From the NCBI GenBank assembly GCA_965203965.1, contig CBDBDR010000017.1, positions 1,280,001-1,344,000 of the forward strand: 64,000 nucleotides of DNA, given 5' to 3'. Positions 12,187-23,281 of this stretch are shown here, one piece after another. This DNA comes from Thermodesulfobacteriota bacterium (GTDB lineage: Bacteria; Desulfobacterota_D; UBA1144; Nemesobacterales; JAJCZQ01). The position numbers and the translations under genes are program-made. The notes under the pieces are model-generated. The model worked only from the letters and a program-made list of their open reading frames with translations, searched no databases and had not been told where the DNA came from. Numbering within the stretch: position 1 is the stretch's first letter; each line of letters begins with the position of its first letter.

Positions 12187-12894
12187 CTATGATTGAAACT
12201 TTTCTAAAATATTTTTAAGTCTTGAAAACTGCTTTACTTCAATTTTCTCATAGTTTTCACACTTCCTGTGGTTAAGCCAGATAACGTCCATGTGAGAGCC
12301 AATACCTCCTAGTATATCGGCACCGTAAAGATCTCCAATGTGAACTGCCTTATCGGCTTCCGTTTCTAATCTGCTCAGAGTGTAGCTATAGATATTACTA
12401 TCCGGTTTTACCATTCCGACGTTGGTTGAATCAACAATGACCTCAAAATAGTCACTGATTCCTAAATCACGACATTTTTGGTATGTGAGTCCATCATTGT
12501 TTGATATTATGGCAAGCCTGAAATCTTTTGACCTTAAAGCGTCCAGTAGATCGCCTGCTTTATCCATTAACTCTCTCTTGAAATTTATTTGTTCCAATTG
12601 GGTATTGACGGTTCTTTCCAGATACTCGGGCGATGCCTCAATTTTCAACCTGTCTTTCAGAGTTTCATACAAAACTTTCTGGCTGATCTTTAAACTGATG
12701 GTGCCTTCCAACACATAATGTTTATAGATCAAATAATCTGCAAAATGATAGGCTTCAAAGAATTCTTTATCCGTAAATTCAAATCCTGATTTGCTCAGCG
12801 CCATCCTAATTCTGTCCGGGTATGTAGGAGTGGTTGAAGCCAATGTATCACCAAAATCAAACGTTATGATCTTTTTATCGTCCAAACTCATCAT
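12187..12894 (-). CDS. HAD-superfamily hydrolase
   Basis: FDFGDTL (motif I), KPD and GDLYGAD motifs. Confidence 0.85.
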   Translation of the reverse strand: MMSLDDKKIITFDFGDTLASTTPTYPDRIRMALSKSGFEFTDKEFFEAYHFADYLIYKHYVLEGTISLKISQKVLYETLKDRLKIEASPEYLERTVNTQLEQINFKRELMDKAGDLLDALRSKDFRLAIISNNDGLTYQKCRDLGISDYFEVIVDSTNVGMVKPDSNIYSYTLSRLETEADKAVHIGDLYGADILGGIGSHMDVIWLNHRKCENYEKIEVKQFSRLKNILEKFQS

Positions 12895-13005
12895 CTCAAG
12901 TGAAAATATTTAATAATAAGTAATATTAGTCAACAACCAAGCAAATGGAGATTCTTGCTAACCTCTACGAATTAAGATACCTTTCACGTTTTGGAGGTGT
13001 TAATC

Positions 13006-14253
13006 ATGTCCGCATTGGATAGAGTTGATACGGAAGTCGCTGAAGCAATCAGATCGGAAATAGAAAGACAGGAATGGAAACTTGAGCTTATTGCATCCGA
13101 AAACTACGTTAGTGATGCGGTGTTGGAAGCTCTTGGAACGGTGCTTACGAATAAATATGCGGAAGGTTTGCCGGGGAAAAGGTATTATGGTGGATGTGAA
13201 TTTGTTGACGTTGTGGAAGATCTTACAAGGGAAAGAGCAAAGAAGCTGTTTGGTGCTGACGCTGTAAACGTGCAACCTCACTCCGGCGCACAGGCAAATA
13301 TGGCGGTATTTTTTGCTGCTGTTCAACCGGGAGAAACGGTAATGGGAATGGATTTGGCTCACGGGGGGCATCTAACTCATGGGAGCCCTGTGAATTTTTC
13401 GGGAAGATTATACAATGTTGTTTCCTATGGAGTTAGTGAAGACACCAATTTAATTGACTATGAAGAGGTCAGGAAATTAGCCTTAAAAAACAGTCCCAAG
13501 CTTATTATAGTGGGCTGGAGTGCCTATCCGAGGGATATTGATTTTTCAAAATTTCGCAAAATTGCCGATGAGTGTGGAGCTTTGCTGATGGCAGATATTG
13601 CCCATCCTTCGGGGTTGGTCGTAGCAGGGCTGTATTCAGACCCAGTTCCTTACTGTGATTTTGTTACAACCACGACTCATAAAACACTTCGCGGTCCCCG
13701 TGGCGGAATGATTATGATGAAGCGAGAGCATGCAAAGGTAGTAAATAGCAGGGTTTTTCCAGGAACACAAGGAGGTCCTCTGATGCATGTAATAGCTGCA
13801 AAGGCCGTAGCTTTTAAGGAGGCATTAACCCCTGAGTTCACAGACTATCAGAAGCAAGTTGTGAGAAATGCAAAACAACTGGGAGAGAGGTTAAAGGCGA
13901 ATGGTTTTAAGTTGGTTTCTGGAGGTACCGACAACCACCTTGTATTGCTCGATCTGAGGGAAATGGATATAACGGGAAAATTGGCTGAAGAAGTTCTGGA
14001 AAAAGCAGGAATAACGGTGAACAAAAATGCGATACCATTTGATCCGAGACCACCTGCTGTTACAAGTGGGATCAGGCTCGGTACGGCTGCTGTAACAACA
14101 CGCGGAATGAGTGAAACAGAAATGGATCAGATAGCTGTGTGGATTACGCGGGTATTTGAAAACAATGACAATGAAACTCTACTGAACGGGATAAAAGATG
14201 AAGTTAGGGAGTTGTGCAACAACTTCCCAATTTACAGTCATAAATTGGTTTAA
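13006..14253 (+). CDS. glyA: Serine hydroxymethyltransferase
   Basis: LIASEN, GGHLTHG and [13 protein letters not shown] motifs; GGAGG upstream of ATG 13006. Confidence 0.98.
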   Translation: MSALDRVDTEVAEAIRSEIERQEWKLELIASENYVSDAVLEALGTVLTNKYAEGLPGKRYYGGCEFVDVVEDLTRERAKKLFGADAVNVQPHSGAQANMAVFFAAVQPGETVMGMDLAHGGHLTHGSPVNFSGRLYNVVSYGVSEDTNLIDYEEVRKLALKNSPKLIIVGWSAYPRDIDFSKFRKIADECGALLMADIAHPSGLVVAGLYSDPVPYCDFVTTTTHKTLRGPRGGMIMMKREHAKVVNSRVFPGTQGGPLMHVIAAKAVAFKEALTPEFTDYQKQVVRNAKQLGERLKANGFKLVSGGTDNHLVLLDLREMDITGKLAEEVLEKAGITVNKNAIPFDPRPPAVTSGIRLGTAAVTTRGMSETEMDQIAVWITRVFENNDNETLLNGIKDEVRELCNNFPIYSHKLV

Positions 14254-14255
14254 CA

Positions 14256-14717
14256 ATGAAATGTCCATACTGTGCGTGTTCGGATATCAAAGTTATTGAT
14301 TCAAGAAACGGTAAAGATGGGAGTTCAATTCGCAGGCGTAGAAAGTGCCTAAAGTGTAACATAAGGTTCACAACTTATGAGAGGATAGAGGAATTGAATC
14401 TTGTGATTGTAAAAAAAGACGGGAGACGTGAACCGTTTGATAGGAGGAAGGTCATAGAAGGACTTGAAAAAGCGTGTGAAAAAAGACCTATCAGTGTAGA
14501 AGTCATTGAAAATCTGGTTACAGATATAGAAAGAGAGCTTCAGGAACGAGGGGAGAGAGAAGTGGAGAGTAAAGAGATTGGGGAAAGGATGGTTGCCAAA
14601 CTATACGACATTGATGAAGTTGCCTACGTCAGATTTGCTTCTGTTTACAGGTCTTTTAAGGATGTTAATCAGTTCATGGATGAGCTTAGGGATCTACTGA
14701 AGGAAAAGAATAATTGA
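14256..14717 (+). CDS. nrdR: Transcriptional repressor NrdR
   Basis: MKCPYC...RRRRKC Zn ribbon, ATP cone, [10 protein letters not shown]. Confidence 0.97.
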   Translation: MKCPYCACSDIKVIDSRNGKDGSSIRRRRKCLKCNIRFTTYERIEELNLVIVKKDGRREPFDRRKVIEGLEKACEKRPISVEVIENLVTDIERELQERGEREVESKEIGERMVAKLYDIDEVAYVRFASVYRSFKDVNQFMDELRDLLKEKNN

Positions 14718-14733
14718 TATACACAATCTCAGA

Positions 14734-15504
14734 ATGCTTATAGATACCCATGCCCATTTATCTTCCCTTGAAGATGTAGACGGTGCCGTAGCCAGAGCAT
14801 CTGGGCATGGGGTAGATATGATCATATCGGTGTCCACTGAAATTGATTCATGTTATAAAACCGTTGAAATAGCCGACAGACATGGGTTGGTTTTTGCAGC
14901 GGTGGGAATTCATCCTCACTCTGCTTCCAGCTACACTGAAGAAATTTTTTCAAAGATTGAAGCCCTTACTTCATGCGAAAAAGTCGTGGCTGTTGGTGAA
15001 ACAGGTTTGGATTATCACTATATGAACTCACCAAAAGATATACAAATTGAATCGTTTCAAGCTCATATAGATATGGCAACAAGGCTCAGTATGTCTTTTA
15101 TAGTTCATGTTAGGGAAGCGGATGAAGATATGATTGGTATTCTGAGACGCAGCAATCTGCGAGAAAAGCCGGGTGTGATCCATTGCTTTTCTGGTAATTA
15201 TGAGATAGCCAAAAAATATCTCGATTTGGATTTTTTCATATCTTTTTCCGGTATTGTTACTTTTAATCGTGCCGCAGAGGTCAGGGAAGTGGCAAGGAAA
15301 ATTCCATTCGACAGGATATTGATTGAAACCGATTCTCCTTATCTTGCTCCCGTTCCGTTGAGAGGAAGGAAGAATGAACCTGCCAACGTCAAATACGTTG
15401 CACAAGTGGTTGCAGAAGTTAGAGATGTTGACATGGAAACATTGCAGGACCAGCTTGTAGAAAATACCCTGGAGCTTTTTCCAAAGATCAATCAAAGTTT
15501 ATAA
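14734..15504 (+). CDS. TatD family hydrolase
   Basis: DTHAH, GETGLD, HCFSG and ETDSPYL motifs. Confidence 0.93.
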   Translation: MLIDTHAHLSSLEDVDGAVARASGHGVDMIISVSTEIDSCYKTVEIADRHGLVFAAVGIHPHSASSYTEEIFSKIEALTSCEKVVAVGETGLDYHYMNSPKDIQIESFQAHIDMATRLSMSFIVHVREADEDMIGILRRSNLREKPGVIHCFSGNYEIAKKYLDLDFFISFSGIVTFNRAAEVREVARKIPFDRILIETDSPYLAPVPLRGRKNEPANVKYVAQVVAEVRDVDMETLQDQLVENTLELFPKINQSL

Positions 15505-15513
15505 CTTTTCACA

Positions 15514-16461
15514 ATGCCTCGTAAACCCAAAATCGGGATAACAATGGGAGACCCAAACGGAGTCGGTCCTGAAATTGTATTAAAATCGATCAATGATCCC
15601 TTTGTTGAAAATTCGTGTGAATTCCTGATCTACGGTTCTGAAAAGATCATGAAAAAAGCCATGCTCAAAACTGGTCTTACTATTGAGTGTGAGATGGCTT
15701 ACGAGAACAAATTTAATGATTTTGATATAGAACCGGGCATGCATAGAAAACAGTCAGGGAAGGCGAGTTTGTTTTACATTGAGCGGGTGGTTAAAGATGC
15801 CATGAGTAAGAAGATAGACGCAGTTGTTACAGCTCCTATCAGCAAGGAATCTATCCATCTTGCTGGATCAGCCTATCCCGGTCATACCGAGATGCTAAAA
15901 GATCTGACGGGAGTGAATGACGCCGTAATGCTTTTTGACGGGGGACCATTCAAAGTTGCTCTGGTGACTATTCACGTTGCACTGTCCGAAGTGCCTTATC
16001 TGATAACTGAAGAGAAAGTGAGGAAAACCATAAGGATTTGCAATCGAGAATTAAAGCAGAAGTTCAATATTTCTGCCCCGAGGATTGCCGTTTGTGGACT
16101 TAATCCCCATGCGGGTGAAGCTGGGGTTTTTGGAAATGAAGAGATAAGTGAGATAAAGCCCGCGGTTAATTCAGCCAAAGAAGAGGGTATTGACGTTGAA
16201 GGTCCTTTACCGGCGGATACTTTGTTTTATTATGCAAATAGAGGGATGTATGATCTGGTTATTGCAATGTATCACGATCAGGGACTTGTTCCTTTTAAGA
16301 TGCTTGCTTTTGATTTGGGTGTGAACGTTACTCTGGGACTTCCAATTATTCGCACGTCCCCAGATCACGGGACAGCTTTTGATATTGCTTGGAAGGGTAT
16401 TGCCAAACCTAGCAGTATGATAAATGCTATACGGCTTGCAGCAAAGATGGTGGGAAGTTGA
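15514..16461 (+). CDS. pdxA: 4-hydroxythreonine-4-phosphate dehydrogenase
   Basis: GDPNGVGPE, GHTE, LNPHAGE, YHDQG and RTSPDHGTAFDIA motifs. Confidence 0.95.
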   Translation: MPRKPKIGITMGDPNGVGPEIVLKSINDPFVENSCEFLIYGSEKIMKKAMLKTGLTIECEMAYENKFNDFDIEPGMHRKQSGKASLFYIERVVKDAMSKKIDAVVTAPISKESIHLAGSAYPGHTEMLKDLTGVNDAVMLFDGGPFKVALVTIHVALSEVPYLITEEKVRKTIRICNRELKQKFNISAPRIAVCGLNPHAGEAGVFGNEEISEIKPAVNSAKEEGIDVEGPLPADTLFYYANRGMYDLVIAMYHDQGLVPFKMLAFDLGVNVTLGLPIIRTSPDHGTAFDIAWKGIAKPSSMINAIRLAAKMVGS

Positions 16462-16563
16462 CGAGGTAGGAGAGGTTAATTTTAATTATTGACTTTTTTA
16501 TTACATGAGTTTGAAATAGCTAAACTTGAAATTACACGTCAAGTGTAGTTATATAAACTGTCT

Positions 16564-16650
16564 GTGGTAACTAAAGAAGAATTTAAAAAGCAGCTCAATG
16601 AATTAGTTAGCGGTTTTCAAGAACACGTTAGCATCGATGACGGTCAGTGG
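16564..16650 (+). pseudogene. Possible 5' remnant of an EcoRV-family restriction endonuclease gene
   Basis: GTG-started fragment VVTKEEFKKQLNELVSGFQEHVSIDDGQW resembles, from memory, N-termini of EcoRV-family REases. It then runs into the end of the opposite-strand sirtuin gene. Confidence 0.4.
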
Positions 16651-16662
16651 TTTTACTATCTT

Positions 16663-17412
16663 CTAATTATAAGTTCCGCTTACATCATACAAAAGAGGCA
16701 GTATCTCTCCTGATTTGGCTTGTATAGAAACATCGTAAATTCTACTGTTAGGTGTTTCATCCAGATTTATTTCTATAACTTTCTTATCAGACTGCTTGGC
16801 GAGTAAACCCATTGACGCAGCTGGTTCTACAATTCCTGACGTTCCGATGATCAACATCAACTCGGATTCCTCAATTGACAAAAGGGCAGAATCAATCGTT
16901 TGCACGGGTATGTTTTCTCCAAACCATACTATGTTAGGTCTTAATATACCTGCGCATTTTTCACATTTAGGTGGTATCTCTGGCAGTGGAACTTCATAAT
17001 TTCTACTCGTTATTCTGCATTTTTCACATCTTGTTTCCCATATATTTCCGTGAATCTCAATCACATTTTGACTTCCTGCCACTCTGTGGAGACCATCAAT
17101 ATTCTGTGTTATCAAGGTAAATTTTTCCTTATGCCTTTCAATTTTGGCAAGGGCAAAATGTCCTTGATTTGGTTCGGCTTTGTCAATTATCTCACGTCTG
17201 CCATCATACCATTTCCATACAGACCCGGGGTCGTTTCTAAAAGCCTTTGATGTTGCAACGTCCATGGGGTTCACATCGTTCCAAGTTCCATCGTTTCCCC
17301 TGAATATGGGTATGCCGCTTTCGGCAGACATTCCCGCTCCCGTAAGGACGGTGATACCATCGGAGTCCTCTATCATTTCCTTTGCCTTCAGTATTAGTTC
17401 ATTTTGAGACAT
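16663..17412 (-). CDS. cobB: NAD-dependent protein deacylase (Sir2/CobB family)
   Basis: GAGMSAESGIP, TQNIDGLH, two CxxC pairs, RPNIVWFGE. Confidence 0.92.
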   Translation of the reverse strand: MSQNELILKAKEMIEDSDGITVLTGAGMSAESGIPIFRGNDGTWNDVNPMDVATSKAFRNDPGSVWKWYDGRREIIDKAEPNQGHFALAKIERHKEKFTLITQNIDGLHRVAGSQNVIEIHGNIWETRCEKCRITSRNYEVPLPEIPPKCEKCAGILRPNIVWFGENIPVQTIDSALLSIEESELMLIIGTSGIVEPAASMGLLAKQSDKKVIEINLDETPNSRIYDVSIQAKSGEILPLLYDVSGTYN

Positions 17413-17528
17413 TGTATAATGTTTTAATACGATAATTCATTTGTCAAAATGGTTAATTCTCTCCAACTTCAAAAGCTATTAATCACATTGTCTGCTTTCT
17501 TGACAATTAACACTTCATATTTAACATT

Positions 17529-17891
17529 ATGCCTGTGCCAGTAGATTATATACCCGTTTTACTTATAATTATTATTTCTATTTCTTTGGCTTCTATACTC
17601 TTGACCTTATCTTATTTTCTGGGTCCCAAGCGATACAAAAAAAGTAAGCTGACCCCTTACGAATCGGGCATAGAACCCATAGGGGACGCGAGGGAAAAAT
17701 TCTCGCTCAAATATTATTTAATAGGTGCTCTTTTTATACTCTTTGACGTGGAAGCTATGTTTTTGTTTGTCTGGGCGGTAGTTTTTAGAGATATTGGAAT
17801 CCTTGCATTTGTTGAAATAGTGGCATTTCTAATTGTTATACTGGCTGGATATTTTTACGTCTTAAACAAGGGAGTTTTTGAGTGGGATTAA
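17529..17891 (+). CDS. nuoA: NADH-quinone oxidoreductase subunit A
   Basis: PYESG and FILFDVE motifs; 3 TM helices. Confidence 0.95.
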   Translation: MPVPVDYIPVLLIIIISISLASILLTLSYFLGPKRYKKSKLTPYESGIEPIGDAREKFSLKYYLIGALFILFDVEAMFLFVWAVVFRDIGILAFVEIVAFLIVILAGYFYVLNKGVFEWD

Positions 17892-18367
17892 ACGCCAGTT
17901 CACTACTTGGAGGGGAAGGTTTTCTCACCACAAAAATTTCCACGCTTGCAAACTGGGGCAGGAAAAATAGTTTGTGGCCCATGCCATTTGGAACTGCCTG
18001 CTGTGCTATTGAGATGATGGGAGTGTTTTCATCAAGATTTGATCTTTCAAGGTTTGGAGCCGAGGTGGCGAGATTTTCACCAAGGCAAGCCGATCTGATG
18101 ATAGTTTCGGGAACTATCACATATAAGATGGCATCGGTGTGTAGGAAGATATATGACCAGATGCCGGAGCCTAAGTGGGTGATCGCAATGGGTTCGTGCA
18201 CCTGTGGAGGAGGTCCATTTGACAGCTATGCAGTTGTTCAGGGCATTGATGAATTTCTCCCAGTTGATGTTTACGTGGGAGGATGTCCCCCGAGACCTGA
18301 AGCGTTGATTGACGCAGTGATGAAGATACAAAAAAAGATTGAAATTGAAGGTGCGCCGATAGTATGA
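17882..18367 (+). CDS. nuoB: NADH-quinone oxidoreductase subunit B
   Basis: [15 protein letters not shown] and GCPPRPE motifs. Confidence 0.97.
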   Translation: MGLNASSLLGGEGFLTTKISTLANWGRKNSLWPMPFGTACCAIEMMGVFSSRFDLSRFGAEVARFSPRQADLMIVSGTITYKMASVCRKIYDQMPEPKWVIAMGSCTCGGGPFDSYAVVQGIDEFLPVDVYVGGCPPRPEALIDAVMKIQKKIEIEGAPIV

Positions 18368-18885
18368 ACGACGTTCCTGATATATACGACGAGATCAACA
18401 ACAGGCTCGCTTCTTATATTCTATCTTCATCAAACTTCAGAGGTGAAACAACTTTTTGTGTTGATCCTTTAAATATCTTAAATGTGCTTGGTATTCTGAA
18501 AAATGAGTTTGGTTTTAACTATCTTGCAGACTTGACCGCGGTGGACTATATGGGAATCAAGTCACCGAGATTTGAAGTTGTTTATTACCTTCACAGGTTT
18601 GGAAAAGATTATGAGGACAACACTCGTATCAGGATCAAAGCCGCTATTGCAGATGATAGCTATACGACTATAGACTCCGCAACCTGTATTTGGAAAGGTG
18701 CCAACTGGCTTGAAAGAGAAGTTTACGACATGTTTGGAATTGTTTTTAATAACCACCCTGATTTGAGAAGGATACTGATGCCGGAAGACTACGATGAATT
18801 TCCCCTGAGAAAAGATTTTGACGTGAGAAATAGGAAACCTTCCGTTAAGTCTTTCAAGAAAGCTCTGGAAGAGGGGAATTTTTAA
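18364..18885 (+). CDS. nuoC: NADH-quinone oxidoreductase subunit C
   Basis: [13 protein letters not shown] and [14 protein letters not shown] motifs. Confidence 0.95.
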   Translation: MNDVPDIYDEINNRLASYILSSSNFRGETTFCVDPLNILNVLGILKNEFGFNYLADLTAVDYMGIKSPRFEVVYYLHRFGKDYEDNTRIRIKAAIADDSYTTIDSATCIWKGANWLEREVYDMFGIVFNNHPDLRRILMPEDYDEFPLRKDFDVRNRKPSVKSFKKALEEGNF

Positions 18886-20109
18886 ATGGAAAGAGTCCAA
18901 CTTATCACTGAACAGCAAGAAGCTGACCCCGACTTAAAGCAAAATACCATGATCCTAAATATGGGTCCCCAGCACCCTGCTACTCACGGTGTTTTGAGGA
19001 TAGTTCTTTATATTGATGGTGAAGTAGTTCAGAAAGCTGTTCCATACGTGGGTTACCTGCACAGGGGAATAGAAAAACTTTGTGAGCATATAACTTATCA
19101 ACAGTGTCTTCCCTACACCGACCGTATGGACTACGTTGCCTCTATATGTAACAACATAGGTTTTATTTTGTCTGTTGAAAAGCTATTGGGTATTGAAGAC
19201 GAAATACCCCAGAGAGCAAAGGTTGCCGAAGTCATACTGTCCGAACTTGGAAGAATTGAATCCCACCTTATAGGTATTGGAACAAACGCAATGGACATGG
19301 GAGCAATGAGTGCTTTTCTTTTTTGCTTTAAAGAGCGAGAAAGAATATATGACATTCTGGAGATTGTGTGTGGAGCCAGATTGACAACTTCGTATCCAAG
19401 AGTTGGAGGTTTGCCTGCCGACTTGCCGGATGATTTTGTACCCGCGGTTGGTAACTTCCTCAAGGTTTTTCCAAAGACATTGAACGAAGTTGACAAGCTA
19501 CTGACAAGAAACAAAATATGGATAGAACGAACAAAGGGCGTTGCGTATATCAATGCCGAAGACGCCATTGATCTCGGGTTGACGGGACCGGCTTTGAGGG
19601 GAAGTGGGGTGCCTTTTGATCTAAGAAAATCCTGCCCATATCTGGATTATCAAAACTACGATTTTGATATACCAGTTGCAAATGATGGTGACGCGTATTC
19701 AAGATACCTTTGTCGTATGGAAGAAATGAGGCAAAGTCTCAGGATCATTGAACAGGCTGTCAATAATCTGCCCGATGGTCCATACATAGCCGATCTACCC
19801 GACATAGTGCTTCCCGAAAAGCAAAAGGTTTATACCCAGATGGAATCCCTCATAAGACATTTTGTTATTGTCTATGAAGGTTTTAAAGTCCCCAACGGAG
19901 AGATATACCATGCAGTTGAAAATCCGAAAGGAGAACTTGGGTATTACATTGTGAGCGATGGATCAGGAAAACCATACAGGATACATGTGCGGGGACCGTC
20001 GTTTGTTAATTTACAAGCTCTTCCGATTATGGTAAAGGGAAGGTTGATAGCAGATGTTATAGCGGCGGTCGGAAGTATTGATATTGTGCTTGGGGAAGTT
20101 GACAGGTAG
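18886..20109 (+). CDS. nuoD: NADH-quinone oxidoreductase subunit D
   Basis: NMGPQHPATHGVLR, GYLHRG and terminal GEVDR. Confidence 0.97.
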   Translation: MERVQLITEQQEADPDLKQNTMILNMGPQHPATHGVLRIVLYIDGEVVQKAVPYVGYLHRGIEKLCEHITYQQCLPYTDRMDYVASICNNIGFILSVEKLLGIEDEIPQRAKVAEVILSELGRIESHLIGIGTNAMDMGAMSAFLFCFKERERIYDILEIVCGARLTTSYPRVGGLPADLPDDFVPAVGNFLKVFPKTLNEVDKLLTRNKIWIERTKGVAYINAEDAIDLGLTGPALRGSGVPFDLRKSCPYLDYQNYDFDIPVANDGDAYSRYLCRMEEMRQSLRIIEQAVNNLPDGPYIADLPDIVLPEKQKVYTQMESLIRHFVIVYEGFKVPNGEIYHAVENPKGELGYYIVSDGSGKPYRIHVRGPSFVNLQALPIMVKGRLIADVIAAVGSIDIVLGEVDR

Positions 20110-20191
20110 TTCCCTCAGCGGTTTACCCGTGACTATGGATTGAGACAGGTTGTAGTCAAGTTCATATTGTGTGTTACATTAAACAGAGTTT

Positions 20192-20782
20192 ATGACTATA
20201 AATATAAAAAAGATCAGTCAGCCAAAGCTCAATATTTTTGAAAAGATGTATTTGCCGCAAATATGGGGTGGTATGTGGATAACTTTGAAGCATCTTTTAG
20301 GCTTTAATCCGATTACGGTTCAATACCCTGAAGAGGTAAAAGAGCTTCCCGAAAACTACCGTGGACTTCACGTTATGCCGGGCGACGACAATGGTGAGAT
20401 CAGGTGCGTAGCCTGTAAGCTATGTGAAGTTGCATGTCCAACACAAGCGATATCAATTGTTGCAGAAGCTGCGGATAGTTATGGTGTTGAAAGAAGACCA
20501 AAGGTATATAACATAGATTTTATGCGGTGTGTCTTCTGCGGTTTTTGTGTTGAAGCCTGTCCTTGTGATGCGTTGAGAATGGGTATGAAGTATGAACTTG
20601 CAGCATACAGCAGGGCAGGGCTGGTGCATACTAAAGAAGTTTTCTTTACACCTGACGTTAAAAGCAATGCACCGAGGGATAATGCAAATTACCTCTACGA
20701 GATGCAAAAGGGTGATATCCTTGACAATTTTGATGTTGTGGAGGAAGTTCAAAAATTGGATGGCAAGTATCTACCCAAGTGA
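20192..20782 (+). CDS. nuoI: NADH-quinone oxidoreductase subunit I
   Basis: TVQYPEE and two CxxCxxCxxxCP 4Fe-4S motifs. Confidence 0.93.
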   Translation: MTINIKKISQPKLNIFEKMYLPQIWGGMWITLKHLLGFNPITVQYPEEVKELPENYRGLHVMPGDDNGEIRCVACKLCEVACPTQAISIVAEAADSYGVERRPKVYNIDFMRCVFCGFCVEACPCDALRMGMKYELAAYSRAGLVHTKEVFFTPDVKSNAPRDNANYLYEMQKGDILDNFDVVEEVQKLDGKYLPK

Positions 20783-22612
20783 TTAAAACCAATCTTCTTT
20801 AAACTCTTTTTCCGGGTTCTGTATTTTAATAACTTTGAACCCTTTAACTTGCAGAATTCCTGAAATTACCGATTTAAGCTGATGTCTTTCGGTTGTCAGG
20901 TGTATTCCACCTTGCTTTGTGTAAAACTCTGAAGTCATTATCTCCGGGTCAACTCCCCTGCCACCGCTTGTGAGTTTGACAACCCTGTCACCAGCAAATG
21001 CTATTGTAGCTTTTCTCTCGGACAGAATGAAGTCACCTTGCACTGCATAGCTCGCAAGTGCCCCCCCGGTTGTCGGGTGACCAAGCAATGAAATATGAGG
21101 AAGTCCCGCTTCTTTCAGCTTTAATATTGCAGATATTGTTTTTGCCATCTGATAGAGTGCGATAGTGCCTTCCTGCATTCTTGCTCCCCCACTTGCAGTA
21201 ACCGTTATTAAGGGTAGTGAGTTGCGTATCGCATGATCAACTATTAGTTTCATTTTTTCTCCAAAAACCGCACTCATTGATCCGCCCATAAAACTGAAAT
21301 CGCAAATTGCTACGGATACTTTGTAGTTGTTGATGAGACCATACCCTACAACGAGAGAGTCTTTGGAATCGGTTCTTTTTGAGGCTTTTTCCCTTGAATT
21401 GGAATAGTCATAAAAATTGAACTTTGAGTCAATATCATTGGTGCTCAAGTCGCCTCTTATCTCCCTGAAAGTATCATTATCTATAAGTAGGTTCAGGTAA
21501 TCATCGGAATTTAGCGGTTCAGGCTTATGGCATTCGGGACACGCTGAGAAATTATTTCGCAACTCGTCCCGCTTGAACTGTTTTCTACATCCGTAGCGTA
21601 TTGTTTTACCTTCATTGTCTTTTTCATCGTTGCAGAAAAAAGGCTCGGCACCGTAAAGAGCTATCTGCATATCTGAAATGTCGGGAGTTGTAGGTTTGGA
21701 GAAATAAGATTGTATTGAAGCTTTAAGTTGCTTGGCTATACCTCTGTATCGTCCGGGGTTCTCTTCGAGTTTTCCAACGTAGTCTATTCTCTCACAGAGG
21801 TTTTTATTCAAGTAATTAATGTCCAGATGTTCAAGCTCTTGGTATGATGCTATCATTGATTTTTTCAGTCTTTCCAGAGTAACTTCAAAGTAATCAAGTC
21901 TGTCAAGTGGGGGCTCATTAATAATTTCGTCAATGACTCCATACCTTTTCATGTAATCCGCCGTTGGTTGAAGTACCTGCAAGGCATTGAGAACTTTATC
22001 TGGGCTTCTGAATAAAATTGCAGAACAACCCTCCGCGGTAATTACGGAATATTCAGCCCTTGAGAGCATTAATCTTTTATGGGCGAGTTGTATTGCAATT
22101 GCTCCACCGCTTCCCCCAAGTCCCAATACAACGGAGACAGATTTTGCTTTAAGTCCTATCATTTTTGACTGGCAATATGAAATTAACCATGACTGTAGCT
22201 TTTTTGCCGAGTATTCGTATGGGTCTCCTCCTACCGTGTCAATAAAGGTGCAAAGCATGAGGTTATTGTCTTCTGCGTATTCCATCATGTTGTATGAAAG
22301 TCCATACCCATCAGCTTTTACAAGACCGTAGTTGAGTTTTGCCCTTTCTTCATCGTTTGAAGGTGTTTGTTGAGCGATAATTGCAAACTTTTTCTCCGTG
22401 CCTTTCAGCGTTCCGACACCAATAATAACAGCAGGATCATCTTGCAATTCTATCTTATACCCGTTTGGAGCATTAATTTTACTTCTGAAATGGGGCAACT
22501 TATGCCATGGTATAAAGTCAGTGAACAAATACTCAATTACGTGCTTTGATTTTATCTTTTTGTAGGATTTAGCTTCTTCGTGAGCAATAAGAGCTTTGGG
22601 TTTCTTTGCCAT
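20783..22612 (-). CDS. Fused acyl-CoA carboxylase carboxyltransferase, alpha (AccA-like) plus beta (AccD-like)
   Basis: N-half has GGSGGA and YSVITAEGCSAIL (AccA-like). C-half has a Cys-rich Zn region ending CPEC, plus GGSM, SGGARMQEG and PTTGG (AccD-like). Confidence 0.85.
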   Translation of the reverse strand: MAKKPKALIAHEEAKSYKKIKSKHVIEYLFTDFIPWHKLPHFRSKINAPNGYKIELQDDPAVIIGVGTLKGTEKKFAIIAQQTPSNDEERAKLNYGLVKADGYGLSYNMMEYAEDNNLMLCTFIDTVGGDPYEYSAKKLQSWLISYCQSKMIGLKAKSVSVVLGLGGSGGAIAIQLAHKRLMLSRAEYSVITAEGCSAILFRSPDKVLNALQVLQPTADYMKRYGVIDEIINEPPLDRLDYFEVTLERLKKSMIASYQELEHLDINYLNKNLCERIDYVGKLEENPGRYRGIAKQLKASIQSYFSKPTTPDISDMQIALYGAEPFFCNDEKDNEGKTIRYGCRKQFKRDELRNNFSACPECHKPEPLNSDDYLNLLIDNDTFREIRGDLSTNDIDSKFNFYDYSNSREKASKRTDSKDSLVVGYGLINNYKVSVAICDFSFMGGSMSAVFGEKMKLIVDHAIRNSLPLITVTASGGARMQEGTIALYQMAKTISAILKLKEAGLPHISLLGHPTTGGALASYAVQGDFILSERKATIAFAGDRVVKLTSGGRGVDPEIMTSEFYTKQGGIHLTTERHQLKSVISGILQVKGFKVIKIQNPEKEFKEDWF

Positions 22613-22859
22613 TCATTATACTCCATCAATGTTCCAAAAATTTTTATGAACATAGGATATTACACGATTTAACTCAGAATTACTGAAACTTACGATTATG
22701 ATCCCATTAAAATAATGTTAATACAGCCTTTTCCATAAAGTAGAACCAGAACGGATTAAAAGAGTTTATGTGCTTTTACATATTGGCGGTCATTGGATCA
22801 AGTAGGATCTATCATAACTTGCAGATCATTGTAAACGGTGCCTGCTGAACTATTTGTAG

Positions 22860-23252
22860 TTAGTTGTTTTTTTTCCATTCAGGACTGCTCTCTTCCCCTT
22901 CTTCTCCGGAAATTATTCTTTTAAGGGCTTCATTGTATAGATCTATATATGCCTCAACTCGTTCATGTATTGTTTTTTCCATTAATTGGAGTTTATCCGC
23001 GTATTTATTGGTCAAATTGATCTGAAGATCGGCAAACTCAGTGATTTCCTCTTCGGACATATTTTCCTGCAATATTTCAGCAATAATTTCAATGACTTTG
23101 TCATAAAGGTATTTTGAATCATCGTTCTGAAATTGTGATTCAAGGGAAGATTCACACGTGAGATACTTGTTTATTGCCAAGTTAAAAGGATCTAATTTCC
23201 TCTCTTTTCTCAACTCAATTATCTTTTTTATGAGGGAGGTGGTATTTCTCAT
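22860..23252 (-). CDS. Hypothetical helical protein
   Basis: 130-aa ORF co-oriented downstream of the GH65 gene. Confidence 0.65.
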   Translation of the reverse strand: MRNTTSLIKKIIELRKERKLDPFNLAINKYLTCESSLESQFQNDDSKYLYDKVIEIIAEILQENMSEEEITEFADLQINLTNKYADKLQLMEKTIHERVEAYIDLYNEALKRIISGEEGEESSPEWKKNN

Positions 23253-23281
23253 TTACTTAATATCAATCATCCGTTCTCTGC

